Source: Gammaproteobacteria bacterium (lineage in GTDB: Bacteria; Pseudomonadota; Gammaproteobacteria; JASBUN01). From it: a stretch of DNA of 64,000 bases. Location: contig JASBUN010000051.1 of assembly GCA_030147845.1 (NCBI GenBank), positions 33,146 to 97,145 on the forward strand. Reading direction: 5' to 3'. Within the stretch, counting starts at the first letter, position 1; every line of letters begins with the position of its first letter. The position numbers were made by a program, and so were the translations under genes. The notes under the pieces were generated by a model, which was given only the letters and a program-made list of their open reading frames with translations, did no database searches and was not told the origin of the DNA. This document shows, piece after piece, positions 29,795 through 39,152 of this stretch.

Positions 29795-29977
29795 ATGAAC
29801 CGTGAAATGTATTCCAACACGCTAGCCGCAATTGCCTTACGCGGTCAGCCGCGGCGTGCCGAACGGCGCGAAGATCAGGTACGTCAAGCCGAAGCGCGTC
29901 GCCGCTTGGAAGAATACCGCGAACAGCAGATGCTACGGGTAAACATCAGCGACGTGTTCACCGACGATCAATCCTGA
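29795..29977 (+). CDS. Small hypothetical protein (60 aa) with a strong ribosome-binding site, paralogous to the ORF at 17747.
   Basis: ATG at 29795 with AGGAGG at 29783-29788. Arg/Glu-rich helix followed by a ...LRVNISDVFTDDQS tail that is shared with the 17747 ORF. Confidence 0.5.
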   Translation: MNREMYSNTLAAIALRGQPRRAERREDQVRQAEARRRLEEYREQQMLRVNISDVFTDDQS

Positions 29978-30122
29978 ACGCGGTGGCGCCGCCATCGCCT
30001 CCACTGCGCGCCGGTCGTGTTGCCGGGGTTCGCTGGTTGCGTACGTAGTTTCTGGTTCCCGGCGACGCAACACCCTCCTATAATGCGCGCATCTGTCATC
30101 TTTTCGTGCGGAATTTGAACCA

Positions 30123-30689
30123 ATGCCTAAAGCCAGTGAATTGAAACGTGGCGCCGTGGTTGAACTCAACGGCCAGCCTCACATTGTCCGTAATGTCGAA
30201 TCGCGCAGCCCGTCGTCGCGTGGCGCGTCGACCTTATACAAGGTGCGGTTCAGTAATATGCAAACCGGCCAGAAGCTTGATCAAAGTCTCAAGGGCGATG
30301 ATTTTCTCAAGGAGGCCGACTGCGTCAAACGCTCGGTGCAGTTCCTGTTCCGTGATGGCGATGTTTTCACGTTCATGGATACTGAAGATTACAATCAATA
30401 TACCCTTAGCGCCGATGATCTCGACGATCAGACCGGCTACTTGGCGGATGGCCTGCAGGGCATTGTCGCCCTACTCAACGACGGCCGTATTCTCGCGCTC
30501 GAACTGCCGCAGGCCGTGGAGCTGGAAATCGTTGATACGGCGCCTGCGCTTAAAGGCGCGACCGCCAGTGGCCGTACAAAAACGGCGCGGCTGTCGACCG
30601 GAGTTGAGGTTCAGGTGCCGGAATACCTGGCCACCGGCGAAGTCGTGCGCATCAACACCGCGAACGGGAAATTCATGTCGCGTAGTTGA
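30123..30689 (+). CDS. yeiP: Elongation factor P-like protein YeiP (EfpL).
   Basis: Colinear with E. coli YeiP: MPKASELKRG...TLYKVRFSNMQTG...KGDDF...FMDTEDY...LALELPQAVELEIVDTAP..KGA.ASGR.K.A.LSTG..VQVPEYL. Confidence 0.9.
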   Translation: MPKASELKRGAVVELNGQPHIVRNVESRSPSSRGASTLYKVRFSNMQTGQKLDQSLKGDDFLKEADCVKRSVQFLFRDGDVFTFMDTEDYNQYTLSADDLDDQTGYLADGLQGIVALLNDGRILALELPQAVELEIVDTAPALKGATASGRTKTARLSTGVEVQVPEYLATGEVVRINTANGKFMSRS

Positions 30690-30840
30690 ACCCGCGCGAT
30701 TGGTGGTAACCAATTGATCTCACAGCGATGCCGCGTCGTGACCGCATCCCCTCATACTAAAAAAATGTCTTAAATCAATAAAATATAATTGCTCTTGGCA
30801 GTAACGATATTTATATGTCAATATTTCGTCGCTATTCGGG

Positions 30841-30868
30841 TTGATATATTAGAAAATGCTAATATAAT
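30841..30868 (+). promoter_or_regulatory. Near-consensus sigma-70 promoter (TTGATA-N16-TATAAT) in a locally AT-rich island upstream of the DUF2892 gene.
   Basis: ttgata at 30841-30846, a 16-nt spacer, and tataat at 30863-30868. The surrounding 30.70-30.93 kb is unusually AT-rich for this window. Confidence 0.5.
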
Positions 30869-30930
30869 AGCATAAAGACTTAGGCGAGCTGTGGCTCGTT
30901 ACGTTTCTGTTTTCCGAGGAGGTAATCGAC

Positions 30931-31134
30931 ATGAGCGTTGATCGTATAGTTCTCGCCTTTGCGGGCACGGTTATCCTGTTGAGTTTGATTTTGTCGCAAG
31001 TGCATTCCGTCTATTGGTTGTGGGTGACGGCGTTCGTGGGCGCCAATCTATTGCAGAGCGCCATCACCGGATTTTGTCCGCTGGCCAAAATTCTCAAGGC
31101 GGTCGGCGTCAAGCCGGGCGTCGCATTCAATTAA
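30931..31134 (+). CDS. DUF2892 (YgaP-C-terminal-like) small inner-membrane protein.
   Basis: ATG at 30931 with GAGGAGG upstream. 67 aa with two transmembrane helices and the conserved GFCPL motif. Confidence 0.65.
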   Translation: MSVDRIVLAFAGTVILLSLILSQVHSVYWLWVTAFVGANLLQSAITGFCPLAKILKAVGVKPGVAFN

Positions 31135-31299
31135 TTAGACCGGCCTAGCTCGGCCGTAAAGCCGCCCGCCGACGCCGGCGGCGGCGCGCCAAATCACCCT
31201 CGTTGTCGTGCGTAAGCCTCGTGCCGGTATTTCTCGGCACGATAGTTGCTCCGTGCATGGGTGACGCAAAATAATTGACGCCGCGTGGCGGGGAAAAGC

Positions 31300-31767
31300 A
31301 TGACTGAGACGGTAAAAATTCCGGTGTATAGCCTGCAAGGCGGCGTGCATCGTATCGAAATCTACCAGGAGTTGTCCGACGGCACGTTCCGGCGTACCGG
31401 TGAAGAGCCGCTGCGGGCGGTACGCGATATGATTTCCGGTTTGAGCGCGAGCATCGGCGAGTTGGTTTCCATCCAGTTTGATCGCAGTGCGCGCGTCTGG
31501 CGCGCGCCGACCATATTAGCTCGTGGTGAGCGGCCGCAGAGTGTGTATGAATTTCTACGCGGGCGGCTGCGGCGCCGGCGCCTGTTTGTGTTTAGCAAAC
31601 CATCTTTATCCGGGCGGCTGGTGCGCTTCGATGTTCAGGAGCTACAGTTGAAGTCAACCATCGCCACACAGATACTGACCACTATATCGCGGCGTTATTG
31701 TGAGGCCATCGATCTGTGGTTGGAGCATGGCGCCGACAGCGTGCCGGCGAAACGCGCGGCCGGCTGA
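31300..31767 (+). CDS. Hypothetical protein (155 aa).
   Basis: ATG at 31300 with GGGGAAAAG upstream. Coding-like codon usage. No recognisable domain. Confidence 0.45.
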   Translation: MTETVKIPVYSLQGGVHRIEIYQELSDGTFRRTGEEPLRAVRDMISGLSASIGELVSIQFDRSARVWRAPTILARGERPQSVYEFLRGRLRRRRLFVFSKPSLSGRLVRFDVQELQLKSTIATQILTTISRRYCEAIDLWLEHGADSVPAKRAAG

Positions 31768-32182
31768 GCATCGCCGCGATTCGGCTCGCCGAGCCGCTGG
31801 CTGCCGAGGCGGGCGCCCGAACCTATGTGGCGTAGCACGATGACGGTTATTTCGGTCCTAATACCAGACGGTGCCGGCTATCTGTGACGATACGCAGTGG
31901 CGTGATACTGTGCGCAAAGCGGTGCAGTATGCGCTGCGCTTCGTCATGTATAGCCTCGGCGTCGCCGGTCAATACAACGCCGTCTTGCGTGTATTCGATA
32001 CTGCATTCGGGGCTTGGGTTGTTTGCCATGGTGATGGACCTCGTGCGTCCGCGACGGATGCCTCAAAGAGATCGTGACGCATCATCGCTAATGCCGGGAA
32101 GATTGTGCCGTTACCATAAAGTGTATGGCCGGTGAGACCTATTTCGACCTCCCAACTGGGATAGTTGCTCGTAGTTACCCTT

Positions 32183-34354
32183 CTACTTCGGGGTATCGGC
32201 CCCCGCCGCGGCGGGCGGCGCCAGCGGCGCACGGGGCGTGAGATGTAGCGGCGCCAGCGGCGCGTTGCCGTGCGCCAACCGTACTATCAGTGGCGAGTTG
32301 ACCACCGTCCACTGGCCTTTGAGGAAATTGGTTGGCGCATCATCACTAAAGGCCAGATAGCTATATTTTCCGTAGTGCGGCAATTTGCGCGCCAGTCCCG
32401 GTAGCGCGGCCGGATTATCGCATCCGAGCCAAGCCAGTCCGGCCTCGGGGTTGCGCGGCTGTCGGCCGACTAGCACTACGCTGGTGGTCTCGCGCGGCAA
32501 GGTTTGACCGACCGCATGTACCTGCTGATCATCCAGACTGACGCCTCGCGCGGCCAGCACGGCCGCAACGTCGGCGCGAAAGCGGTTACGCCAGCCGAGC
32601 ACCCATACGGGGCGATCAGTCGGTAAAACTTTCAAGTCGGTATCCCATACCACCTGGTCGGCGCGATCGGCCCATTGATCGGCCAAACTGCGATAGCCGG
32701 CGCGCAGATCGGGGGATGCCGCTGCCGGTAGTACGTACAGCGCATTGGTGGCGCCGAACAACTGACCAACCGACGGCGGTAGCTCGTCGCGATCGAGGAG
32801 CCGAAACACATCGAACCCTGGGTCGATCGCCAACCGCAACGGGCGGATCGGTACGTGTAGATCCAGTGTAGCGCGTCGGCCGCTCAAATTAACGCTCGTC
32901 ACCACCGCTGACTCGGCGCCTTCGATCTGCACCGCTACCGGCACACGCAGCGTGTAGTTAGGGCCGCTTTGGCTCTGTTCCAATATGCCGCGCACGCGGT
33001 AACCCGCGCCGTCGGATTGCACGCTTATATCGCGCACGCGTAGTTGCGGCGCTCCGGTGCGTTGCACCCATTGCTGGAAAAAACCGCCCAAGTGCTCGCC
33101 GCTGGCGCGCTCGAAGGCCGCTTGCAACTGGCGAAAGCCGGCGCGGCGGAACTTGTTGTCGCGATAAAAAAGGCGCAGGCCGGCGATAAACTTAGCGTCG
33201 CCGAGGCGACGACGCAGCATGTGGAAGAACATCGCGCCTTTGGCGTAGCCCACCGCCTGGCTGGCGTCGCCATGTCGACCGCGAAAACGCGCCAGCGGAA
33301 AGTCGCGGCCGTCGGCGACATAGTCGGCATACTGTTGCAGCGCGCCGCGCCGGTATTCGGCGCCCTGTCCGCGGCGTTCGGCCATGAGGTAGTCGGCTAA
33401 ATAAGTGGTCAGTCCTTCTGACCAGTTGCCATCGGCAAACTCGACGTAGACGCCGTTGCCCCACCAGTTGTGTAGAATTTCGTGCGGATAGGAGGAATCA
33501 ATGATGAAGGGCATCCGTATCACGCGCGAGCCGAGCAGCGTGAACGACGGCAGTCCGCTGCCGCTCTCCCAGAAATTTTCTACCAGCGCGAATTTCGCGT
33601 ACGGATAAGGGCCGATTAGACGACTGTAGAAATCCAGATATTGCGCCGTGGCGTCGAGGTAGCGTTGCGCCAAACCGGAGTCGGGCTTACGTAGTAGCAC
33701 CATGGCCGTACCCCACGGCGTTGATTGTTGGTACGAGTTGAGTACCGCCGCGCTTAGAACGATATCTTCCTGCGGCTGCGATTCGTGCCAGTGCGCGACG
33801 TTGTTGCCCGCTACGGCGTTGCCGGCGTCGCCGCCACCTTGGCTGACGGCACGCCAGGTGTCGGGCATTTGTACTTGCAGACGGAAGGTGCGCAGATCGT
33901 CGCCGAACCATGGATACCAGTAGCTGGCGCCATCCAAATACACGCCTGTCGTACTGATCCGGCCGTTGCCGGCCGCACTACCATCGGCGTTCCCATCGGT
34001 GTTATCGGCCGAACTGGTGATGCGCCCGCTGTACTCCAGGTCGACACTGTCGGCGCCAGCCGGTAGAGCGAGGCGGTATCGGCGTACCGGAACGCCGCCG
34101 TCCTGGTAGCTGTCGAGAGCGGTCAGGTGGACGTCGTTACCGACGACGTTGACGCGCAAGTGGGCGTGCAGCGCAAAGATCCAGCCGCGCGCCGGCGTTG
34201 GTGTCGGTAAGGTGATGTGATCGCGTACACTCAATTCGCCGCGCGCGGGCTGCAACGAAACGTGCAGATCGTGATTGATGACGGACGCTGCGGAGCTGGC
34301 CGTATACCATGACAAAAGCGCTGCAAGGAGCAACGTTCGGACCGGATTACACAC
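32183..34354 (-). CDS. Secreted M1-family zinc metallopeptidase (aminopeptidase-N-like).
   Basis: Signal peptide. HEXXH-E zinc site (HEILHNWWGN ... NWSEGLTTY). GTG start at 34354. 723 aa. Confidence 0.8.
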   Translation of the reverse strand: MCNPVRTLLLAALLSWYTASSAASVINHDLHVSLQPARGELSVRDHITLPTPTPARGWIFALHAHLRVNVVGNDVHLTALDSYQDGGVPVRRYRLALPAGADSVDLEYSGRITSSADNTDGNADGSAAGNGRISTTGVYLDGASYWYPWFGDDLRTFRLQVQMPDTWRAVSQGGGDAGNAVAGNNVAHWHESQPQEDIVLSAAVLNSYQQSTPWGTAMVLLRKPDSGLAQRYLDATAQYLDFYSRLIGPYPYAKFALVENFWESGSGLPSFTLLGSRVIRMPFIIDSSYPHEILHNWWGNGVYVEFADGNWSEGLTTYLADYLMAERRGQGAEYRRGALQQYADYVADGRDFPLARFRGRHGDASQAVGYAKGAMFFHMLRRRLGDAKFIAGLRLFYRDNKFRRAGFRQLQAAFERASGEHLGGFFQQWVQRTGAPQLRVRDISVQSDGAGYRVRGILEQSQSGPNYTLRVPVAVQIEGAESAVVTSVNLSGRRATLDLHVPIRPLRLAIDPGFDVFRLLDRDELPPSVGQLFGATNALYVLPAAASPDLRAGYRSLADQWADRADQVVWDTDLKVLPTDRPVWVLGWRNRFRADVAAVLAARGVSLDDQQVHAVGQTLPRETTSVVLVGRQPRNPEAGLAWLGCDNPAALPGLARKLPHYGKYSYLAFSDDAPTNFLKGQWTVVNSPLIVRLAHGNAPLAPLHLTPRAPLAPPAAAGADTPK

Positions 34355-34437
34355 AGAAGGCAGTTTTCCTGTAGTCGGGTGTTGGACGCATAGGTAAACG
34401 CGCTGGTGACTATGGAGCGGCCGGCATTTCGTCTACC

Positions 34438-35592
34438 ATGGCCGCTATGATACTGCAAATTGCCCGACTACTAGCGCCGTTTCTGCTGTTTTCTTTGGCG
34501 GCATGCCAAGCCATCGTGAAACCTGCGCCGGACTCCTCGCCGGTCGCTGGCGAGGTGCGCGTGGTGAACCTCGCGCAGCTTCAAACGCTGGCGGAAATTA
34601 TGCCGGCGCTGTCGCAGAAGCGCGTGGTATTCGTCGCCGAAGTGCACGTACAACTTGCACACCACCAAAACCAGCTGCGGGTCATTCGGCGGCTATATGC
34701 CCGGCATCCGGATATGGCGATTGGGCTGGAGTGGTTTCAACAGCCATTTCAGCCGGCGCTGGACGATTTTGTCGCCGGCCGCATCGATGAATCCACTATG
34801 TTGAGGCGTACCCAGTATTTCCGGCGCTGGGGCTACGATTACCGCTTATATGCGCCGATACTCCGTTTCGCGCGCCGACACCGTATCCCCTTGGTCGCGT
34901 TGAACCTGCCCAGCGAAATTACCCGCCAAGTCGGAGCCGCCGGCTTGGGTAGTTTGAGTGCGCAGCAGCGTGCGCAAATTCCGACGCATATCGACCGCTC
35001 CGACGTGGCTTATCGGCAGCGCCTGCGCGACGTGTTCGCGCATCACCCACATGCCGGGAAGGCCGATTTCGAACGTTTTTACGAGGTGCAGCTGCTGTGG
35101 GATGAGGGTATGGCGGCACGCGCCGCGCACTATCTAAAACAACATCCGGCGCGCCGTATGGTGATTCTTGCCGGTGACGGCCATGTGCGCTGTGGCTCGG
35201 GTATTCCCGCGCGCTTGGCGCGCCGCCTGCCGCTGACGCAGGCCATCGTGCTCAATGGCGCGGGCGGTGGGATCGCGCCCGCGGCCGGCGATTATCTGCT
35301 GTTGTCGTCGCCGCAACAGTTGCCGCCGCCCGGTCGACTCGGTGTGGTGCTCACGCGCGACGCGGGCGGCGTGCGTTTGACCCAGATCGAACCCGGCGGT
35401 GCGGCACAGGCCTCCGGACTGCGTGTCGGCGATGACCTGATTCGGCTCAATGGGCGCGCCGTGCGCACACCATCGGACGTGCGCATTGTCCTATGGAACA
35501 AGCGCCCCGGTGACGCGATGGAGGTCGTTGTGCGGCGTGGCGATAGCATCCACGCGAGCGCAACCGTGACCGCGCAGATACGTTTGCGCTGA
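34438..35592 (+). CDS. ChaN-family (haem/iron-binding, PF04187) lipoprotein with a C-terminal PDZ domain.
   Basis: Lipobox SLAAC. ChaN-like core. C-terminal PDZ (GLRVGDDLIRLNGRAVRTPSDV). Confidence 0.7.
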   Translation: MAAMILQIARLLAPFLLFSLAACQAIVKPAPDSSPVAGEVRVVNLAQLQTLAEIMPALSQKRVVFVAEVHVQLAHHQNQLRVIRRLYARHPDMAIGLEWFQQPFQPALDDFVAGRIDESTMLRRTQYFRRWGYDYRLYAPILRFARRHRIPLVALNLPSEITRQVGAAGLGSLSAQQRAQIPTHIDRSDVAYRQRLRDVFAHHPHAGKADFERFYEVQLLWDEGMAARAAHYLKQHPARRMVILAGDGHVRCGSGIPARLARRLPLTQAIVLNGAGGGIAPAAGDYLLLSSPQQLPPPGRLGVVLTRDAGGVRLTQIEPGGAAQASGLRVGDDLIRLNGRAVRTPSDVRIVLWNKRPGDAMEVVVRRGDSIHASATVTAQIRLR

Positions 35593-35728
35593 GCCGCACG
35601 CCACCGCTAAAGACCTGTGAGATATAGGGATAATAGCCGGCGGCATTGGTCGACGGTGGGGCTTCCATGCTAAGCTTGCGCTCCCCCGAAGACGGCATCG
35701 CATGCCCGTGGCGCGGTAGAGGAAACCA

Positions 35729-36043
35729 ATGGCAGACCAGTTCGTAAAGGTGGCGGAGATTGACGCTATTCCGCCCGGCAAAATGTTATGTGTGGCGCTG
35801 CCGACCGGCCGGATGCTGTTGGCCAACGTCGATGGCCGGATTGTCGCCGCCGACGACATGTGCACCCACGAAGACGCGTCGCTGACGACCGGCTCGCTGA
35901 AGAGTCACTATGTCAAATGCCCGCTGCACGGCAGCCGCTTCGATTTATTCACCGGTGAGGCCATGGATGAACCGGCCGAACAGGCGCTGCGTATCTATGA
36001 CGTCAAGATCGACGGCGTAGATATTCTGGTGAAAATCGACTAA
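35729..36043 (+). CDS. Small Rieske [2Fe-2S] ferredoxin-like protein.
   Basis: Both Rieske boxes are present: CTHEDAS (Cys-x-His) and CPLHGS (Cys-x-x-His). 104 aa. Confidence 0.8.
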   Translation: MADQFVKVAEIDAIPPGKMLCVALPTGRMLLANVDGRIVAADDMCTHEDASLTTGSLKSHYVKCPLHGSRFDLFTGEAMDEPAEQALRIYDVKIDGVDILVKID

Positions 36044-36066
36044 CGCACATCGATACAGGAGTTAAC

Positions 36067-37194
36067 ATGAGCACCTCAGCAGAGAACATATCAGCCGATC
36101 CGCGTGCGTTGATGCGTTCGATTATTCAACGCATCGCCACTGGACCGGAGCTGAGTAAGGACATCTCGCGTGAAGAGGCGTACGCCGGCATGCGGCTGAT
36201 CCTCGATGGTGAGGCCGATCCGGTACAGGCCGCGATCTTCCTGATTGCCTTGCGTATGAAACGTGAAACCGATGACGAGAATCTCGGCGTACTGGAGGCG
36301 ATCCGCGACGCGACCGAAACCGTAACCGCGGCGGTCGACGAGGTGGTGATCATTTCCGATCCGTACGACGGTTACAATCGTACTTTGCCGGCATCACCCT
36401 TTTTGCCTTTGGTGCTCGCCGAACTGGGTGTGCCGACGCTGAGCGAGGGCGTCGAGACGGTGGGTCCCAAATACGGTCTGACGCATCGGCAGGTATTGCG
36501 CGCAGCCGGTGTGGCGGTCGACCTGACGCCGACCGAGGCGGCCGCGCGTCTCGCTGACGAGCGCATCGGTTGGGCCTATGTCGATCAGAGTCGATTCTGC
36601 CCGAAGCTGCACGCGTTACTGGATTTGCGCAGCAAAATCGTCAAACGCCCGGCTATTACCACCGTGGAAGTGCTTACCGGTCCCGTGCGGGGCCGCCAGA
36701 AGACTCATCTGATTAGTGGCTACGTGCACAAGCCCTACCCGCGCCTGTACTCCCTATTGGCCCGTCACATGGACTTCGATTCGCTGCTGCTGGTGCGCGG
36801 GGTGGAGGGCGGTGTTATCCCGTCTTTGCGCCAAGCAGGCCGCTGCGTCTATTACCACGATAAAGGTGAAGAGCAGGGTTTGGATATGAACCCGGTAGAT
36901 TTGGGCATCGTGCAAAACGTACGCGCCGCGCCGCTACCGGAAGACTTGCCGAAGGCGGAGCAGAAGGGTGATGAAATCGCCATCGGCGTCGATATGCGCG
37001 CGTTGGCGACCGTCGCCGCTGATGCCGGCCGCGATGCGCTCCAGGGCAAAGCCGGGCCTATATATGATGGTTTGGTCTATAGCGGGGCGCTGATTTTGCA
37101 ACATCTGCATCGCTACGATTCGCTACCGAGCGCCGCTGCTGCGGTACGTCGAGTGCTCGATTCGGGCACCGCGCTGTCGCGCTTGCGCAACTGA
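36067..37194 (+). CDS. TrpD-like (glycosyltransferase family 3 fold) protein with a degenerate PRPP/Gly-rich loop.
   Basis: ATG at 36067 with AGGAG upstream. N-terminal Glycos_trans_3N-like helix bundle (EEAYAGMRLILDGEADPVQAAIFLIALRMK). Core resembles anthranilate phosphoribosyltransferase, but the GTGGD motif is replaced by DPYDGYNRT. Confidence 0.65.
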   Translation: MSTSAENISADPRALMRSIIQRIATGPELSKDISREEAYAGMRLILDGEADPVQAAIFLIALRMKRETDDENLGVLEAIRDATETVTAAVDEVVIISDPYDGYNRTLPASPFLPLVLAELGVPTLSEGVETVGPKYGLTHRQVLRAAGVAVDLTPTEAAARLADERIGWAYVDQSRFCPKLHALLDLRSKIVKRPAITTVEVLTGPVRGRQKTHLISGYVHKPYPRLYSLLARHMDFDSLLLVRGVEGGVIPSLRQAGRCVYYHDKGEEQGLDMNPVDLGIVQNVRAAPLPEDLPKAEQKGDEIAIGVDMRALATVAADAGRDALQGKAGPIYDGLVYSGALILQHLHRYDSLPSAAAAVRRVLDSGTALSRLRN

Positions 37195-37361
37195 TTGTGC
37201 CGGGCGGATCGCTGCGCGGGTGGTGGTTTAGGAGAGTATGATCCGGGCTGTTCGCGTTACTCGATCCAGGCGATGATGGCGCGGCGAGAAGCGGCGAAAA
37301 AGCGCAGTTTACGCGCGTAAATGGACATTCGGCGCCGCCGTGCGGATTAATCAGTGCTTTC

Positions 37362-38117
37362 CTAGGCTTTGGAGGGTGCCGCCGCCTGTTGCTCGACGGC
37401 ATGCTGCGCCGCGCGCACCTGTTCGTCATCGGCTAAATAATAGTGCGTCATCACCCCCAGGCTGTCGTCGAATTCGTACACCAGCGGGATGCCGGTGGGG
37501 ATGTTCAGTTCCATGATGTCGCTGTCAGATATGTCGTCGAGCTTCTTCACCAACGCCCGTAACGAGTTGCCGTGAGCGACCACCAATAGGCGCTTACCTT
37601 CGCGCAAGCGCGGAAGAATGCACTGATCCCAGCATTCGAGCGCGCGTTTCATGGTGTCCTGTAGCGACTCCGTGTAGGGCAGCCGGGTTGGATCGATATG
37701 GGCGTAGCGCACATCATGATGTGGTATGCGCGCGTCGGTTGCGCTCATGGCTGGCGGTCGAACCGCGAAGCCGCGTCGCCACTGGTGTACTTGTTCCTCG
37801 CCGTAGTGTTCGGCGGTCTCGATTTTGTTCAGTCCTTGCAGCGCGCCGTAGTGGCGTTCGTTCAGACGCCAGTCCTTGTCTATCGGGATCCACATCAAGT
37901 CCATGACATCTTGCACGATCCATGACGTACGGATGGATCGTTTCAGCACGGACGTAACGGCGTGATCAAATTGATAGCCATCGCGTTTCAGCGCAGCCCC
38001 GGCGGCGCGCGCTTCCTTTACGCCGCGTGGCGACAGATCGACATCGGTCCAACCCGTGAATCGCTTCTCGCGGTTCCAGGTACTCTCGCCGTGACGAATA
38101 AAAACAACCTTGATCAT
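37362..38117 (-). CDS. gpmA: 2,3-bisphosphoglycerate-dependent phosphoglycerate mutase GpmA.
   Basis: RHGESxWN catalytic His motif. Colinear with dPGM proteins. ATG at 38117 with GGAG upstream. Confidence 0.9.
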   Translation of the reverse strand: MIKVVFIRHGESTWNREKRFTGWTDVDLSPRGVKEARAAGAALKRDGYQFDHAVTSVLKRSIRTSWIVQDVMDLMWIPIDKDWRLNERHYGALQGLNKIETAEHYGEEQVHQWRRGFAVRPPAMSATDARIPHHDVRYAHIDPTRLPYTESLQDTMKRALECWDQCILPRLREGKRLLVVAHGNSLRALVKKLDDISDSDIMELNIPTGIPLVYEFDDSLGVMTHYYLADDEQVRAAQHAVEQQAAAPSKA

Positions 38118-38458
38118 GGAGTTCTCCAGATTACTTAACGATTGCACATACGGCCGCCCGCCGCGGTCTTGGCGCTACCCATATGGTTAAACCATTAGCA
38201 TTAACTGTGCCATGAGTAAGTGGCGCGGCGGCGGCGCGAAAGCGCGGTAATCAGCGCAAGTCCGGCGCATAATACGCCGAATTGATGCGCCGGGGGAGGG
38301 CGCTTGCGACGTGGGCGCGTCCCATTATGTGCATGTCCGGGCTCGAGCTGGAACGATCGGCTACTAGTATAGTGCTTTTTGAATACACAATGTAGGCGGG
38401 GTTTCGGTGGCTGGGAGCTTACACGGTACTGGCGGCGCGTTAACGGAGTAATGGCGCT

Positions 38459-39028
38459 CTACAATGAATCAATCCATTGTTGTATGCGATCGGCTTCCCG
38501 TTGCAAGAATTGCGCATCTTTGTAGGTGTTGGCGATCAGCGCCGCACCTTGTGTGGCAGCGAGCAAATGCAAGGTCAAATCGGCCGCGTCGTCCCGTGTG
38601 TAGCGAAGTTGCTCGAAGTGGCGTTCCAGCCAGTCGCGGTACAGATCAAACATGCGTGTGGCATGCGCGTGCAACTCCGGTTGGGTTTTGCATAGTTCGA
38701 GATTGAGCGAGCCCATTGGACAGCCGTAGCGCACAATGACCGCGTGTTCACGATGGAGCATATCGACAAAACGCCGCAGGCAGTCACGTGCATCGCTTAG
38801 TTCGTCATCCCAAAGTTGTAACTGTGCCTGAATCGCTTGCAGGCGATGCTCCACGACAGCGGCGAGAATGTCGTTTTTACACTTGAAATAGTAATAGAAA
38901 TTACCCTTCGGCACATTGGCGGCAGCGGCAATATCGCTGAACGAGGTTTGATTGAAGCCCCGGCGATAGAACAGTTGATGCGCGGTGCCGACGATGTGCT
39001 TGCGAACGGTTTCGCCCTTACTTTTCAT
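38459..39028 (-). CDS. TetR/AcrR-family transcriptional regulator.
   Basis: N-terminal TetR HTH (FYRRGFNQTSFSDIAAAANVPKGNFYYYF). ATG at 39028. Divergent from rlmM. Confidence 0.85.
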   Translation of the reverse strand: MKSKGETVRKHIVGTAHQLFYRRGFNQTSFSDIAAAANVPKGNFYYYFKCKNDILAAVVEHRLQAIQAQLQLWDDELSDARDCLRRFVDMLHREHAVIVRYGCPMGSLNLELCKTQPELHAHATRMFDLYRDWLERHFEQLRYTRDDAADLTLHLLAATQGAALIANTYKDAQFLQREADRIQQWIDSL

Positions 39029-39152
39029 TGCATCGCTACAGGTAGTGAGATTCGCTGCATGGCTAGCGTACCAAAATACACGACGGCAATCGCCGCGGCC
39101 AATACGGGTACAGTATACCCCGTGATGATCGCTTCGGAGGGGTTCAATTCAC

